Of a DNA stretch of 15,544 nt, positions 14,943-15,544 are shown in pieces. The first letter of the stretch is position 1. Each line of letters begins with the position of its first letter. Source of the DNA: Gammaproteobacteria bacterium (GTDB taxonomy: Bacteria; Pseudomonadota; Gammaproteobacteria; GCA-001735895); the NCBI GenBank assembly GCA_050298595.1, contig JBNKUM010000044.1, forward strand, positions 1 through 15,544. Reading direction: 5' to 3'. A program made the position numbers and the translations under genes. A model generated the notes under the pieces. The model saw nothing but the letters and a program-made list of their open reading frames with translations. It made no database searches and was not told the DNA's origin.

Positions 14943-15544
14943 TTAGTCAATTGCCAGATCAGCCGTATTATCACTGATCTTGAATACTCGCTTGATTGTT
15001 TTCTGAAAGAGAGGTGCGATTAATACCACTATGGTGATGATCATAATGCTCAGGGTAATTGGACGTTCCCACAGAAAACTCAGGCTATCATCATTAATCA
15101 GTAAAGCCCGCCTTAGATTATCTTCCATCATACCCCCCAATATAAAACCGAGTAATAACGGAGCCATTGGGAAGGTTAATAGACGCAGGAATATTGCCAG
15201 TGCACATACAGCGGCCATAATGATCACATCCATGGCATTAAAAGATACCAGATAAACCCCGGTTATTGAAAACAACAGGATCATTGGTACCAGTATCGGG
15301 CGTGGAATGATCAGGATGCGTGATAGATAGGGTATCAATGGCAGGTTCAAAATGAGTAATACAACATTGCCTACATACATAGAGATAATCACCGACCAGA
15401 ATACATCAGGGTGATCAACAAACAGACGTGGACCAGGTTGGATACCATATGAAATCAATGCCCCCAGCATAATGGCCGTTGTGCCAGATCCCGGAATGCC
15501 CAGCGTTAACAGCGGGACAAAAGAACCCGAAGATGCCGCATTAT
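14943..15544 (-). CDS. tctA: Tripartite tricarboxylate transporter large permease, 3' part (5' end outside the window)
   Basis: The frame is open to the window edge: NAASSGSFVPLLTLGIPGSGTTAIMLGAL..GIQPGP, then APLLLGFILGGMMEDNLRRAL. Confidence 0.93.
   Translation of the reverse strand, partial: NAASSGSFVPLLTLGIPGSGTTAIMLGALISYGIQPGPRLFVDHPDVFWSVIISMYVGNVVLLILNLPLIPYLSRILIIPRPILVPMILLFSITGVYLVSFNAMDVIIMAAVCALAIFLRLLTFPMAPLLLGFILGGMMEDNLRRALLINDDSLSFLWERPITLSIMIITIVVLIAPLFQKTIKRVFKISDNTADLAID

Noticed and set aside
13256-15255. ORFs 13256..13465, 13637..13831, 14279..14536, 14379..14576 and 15031..15255
   Set aside because: They are short, lack motifs, and are mostly antisense to better-supported genes.

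Overview
The window looks gammaproteobacterial, inferred from gene content and repeat types. Its core (2863-13038) is a tungsten-enzyme island. A + strand aldehyde oxidoreductase operon (4Fe-4S subunit, W-pterin AOR, FAD/NAD subunit, MoaD/ThiS, a GGG-tailed small protein, MoeB) lies in antisense between the two halves of a tungstate ABC transporter and cofactor gene set: tupA-tupC on the right and tupB-mobA-mobB-moeA on the left. The left end is accessory DNA. It holds an IS110-family recombinase gene with a ~430-nt structured 3' non-coding end containing three, perhaps four, ~100-nt homologous modules (candidate multi-loop bridge RNA). Next to it is a complete integron gene cassette (outer-membrane beta-barrel gene plus a canonical attC) with no integrase in the window, then a mosaic of nested small palindromic repeats. 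The right end has a GrlR-like gene, a GNAT gene, two MITE-like remnants and the 3' part of tctA. All calls were made by eye; no searches or folding programs were run.
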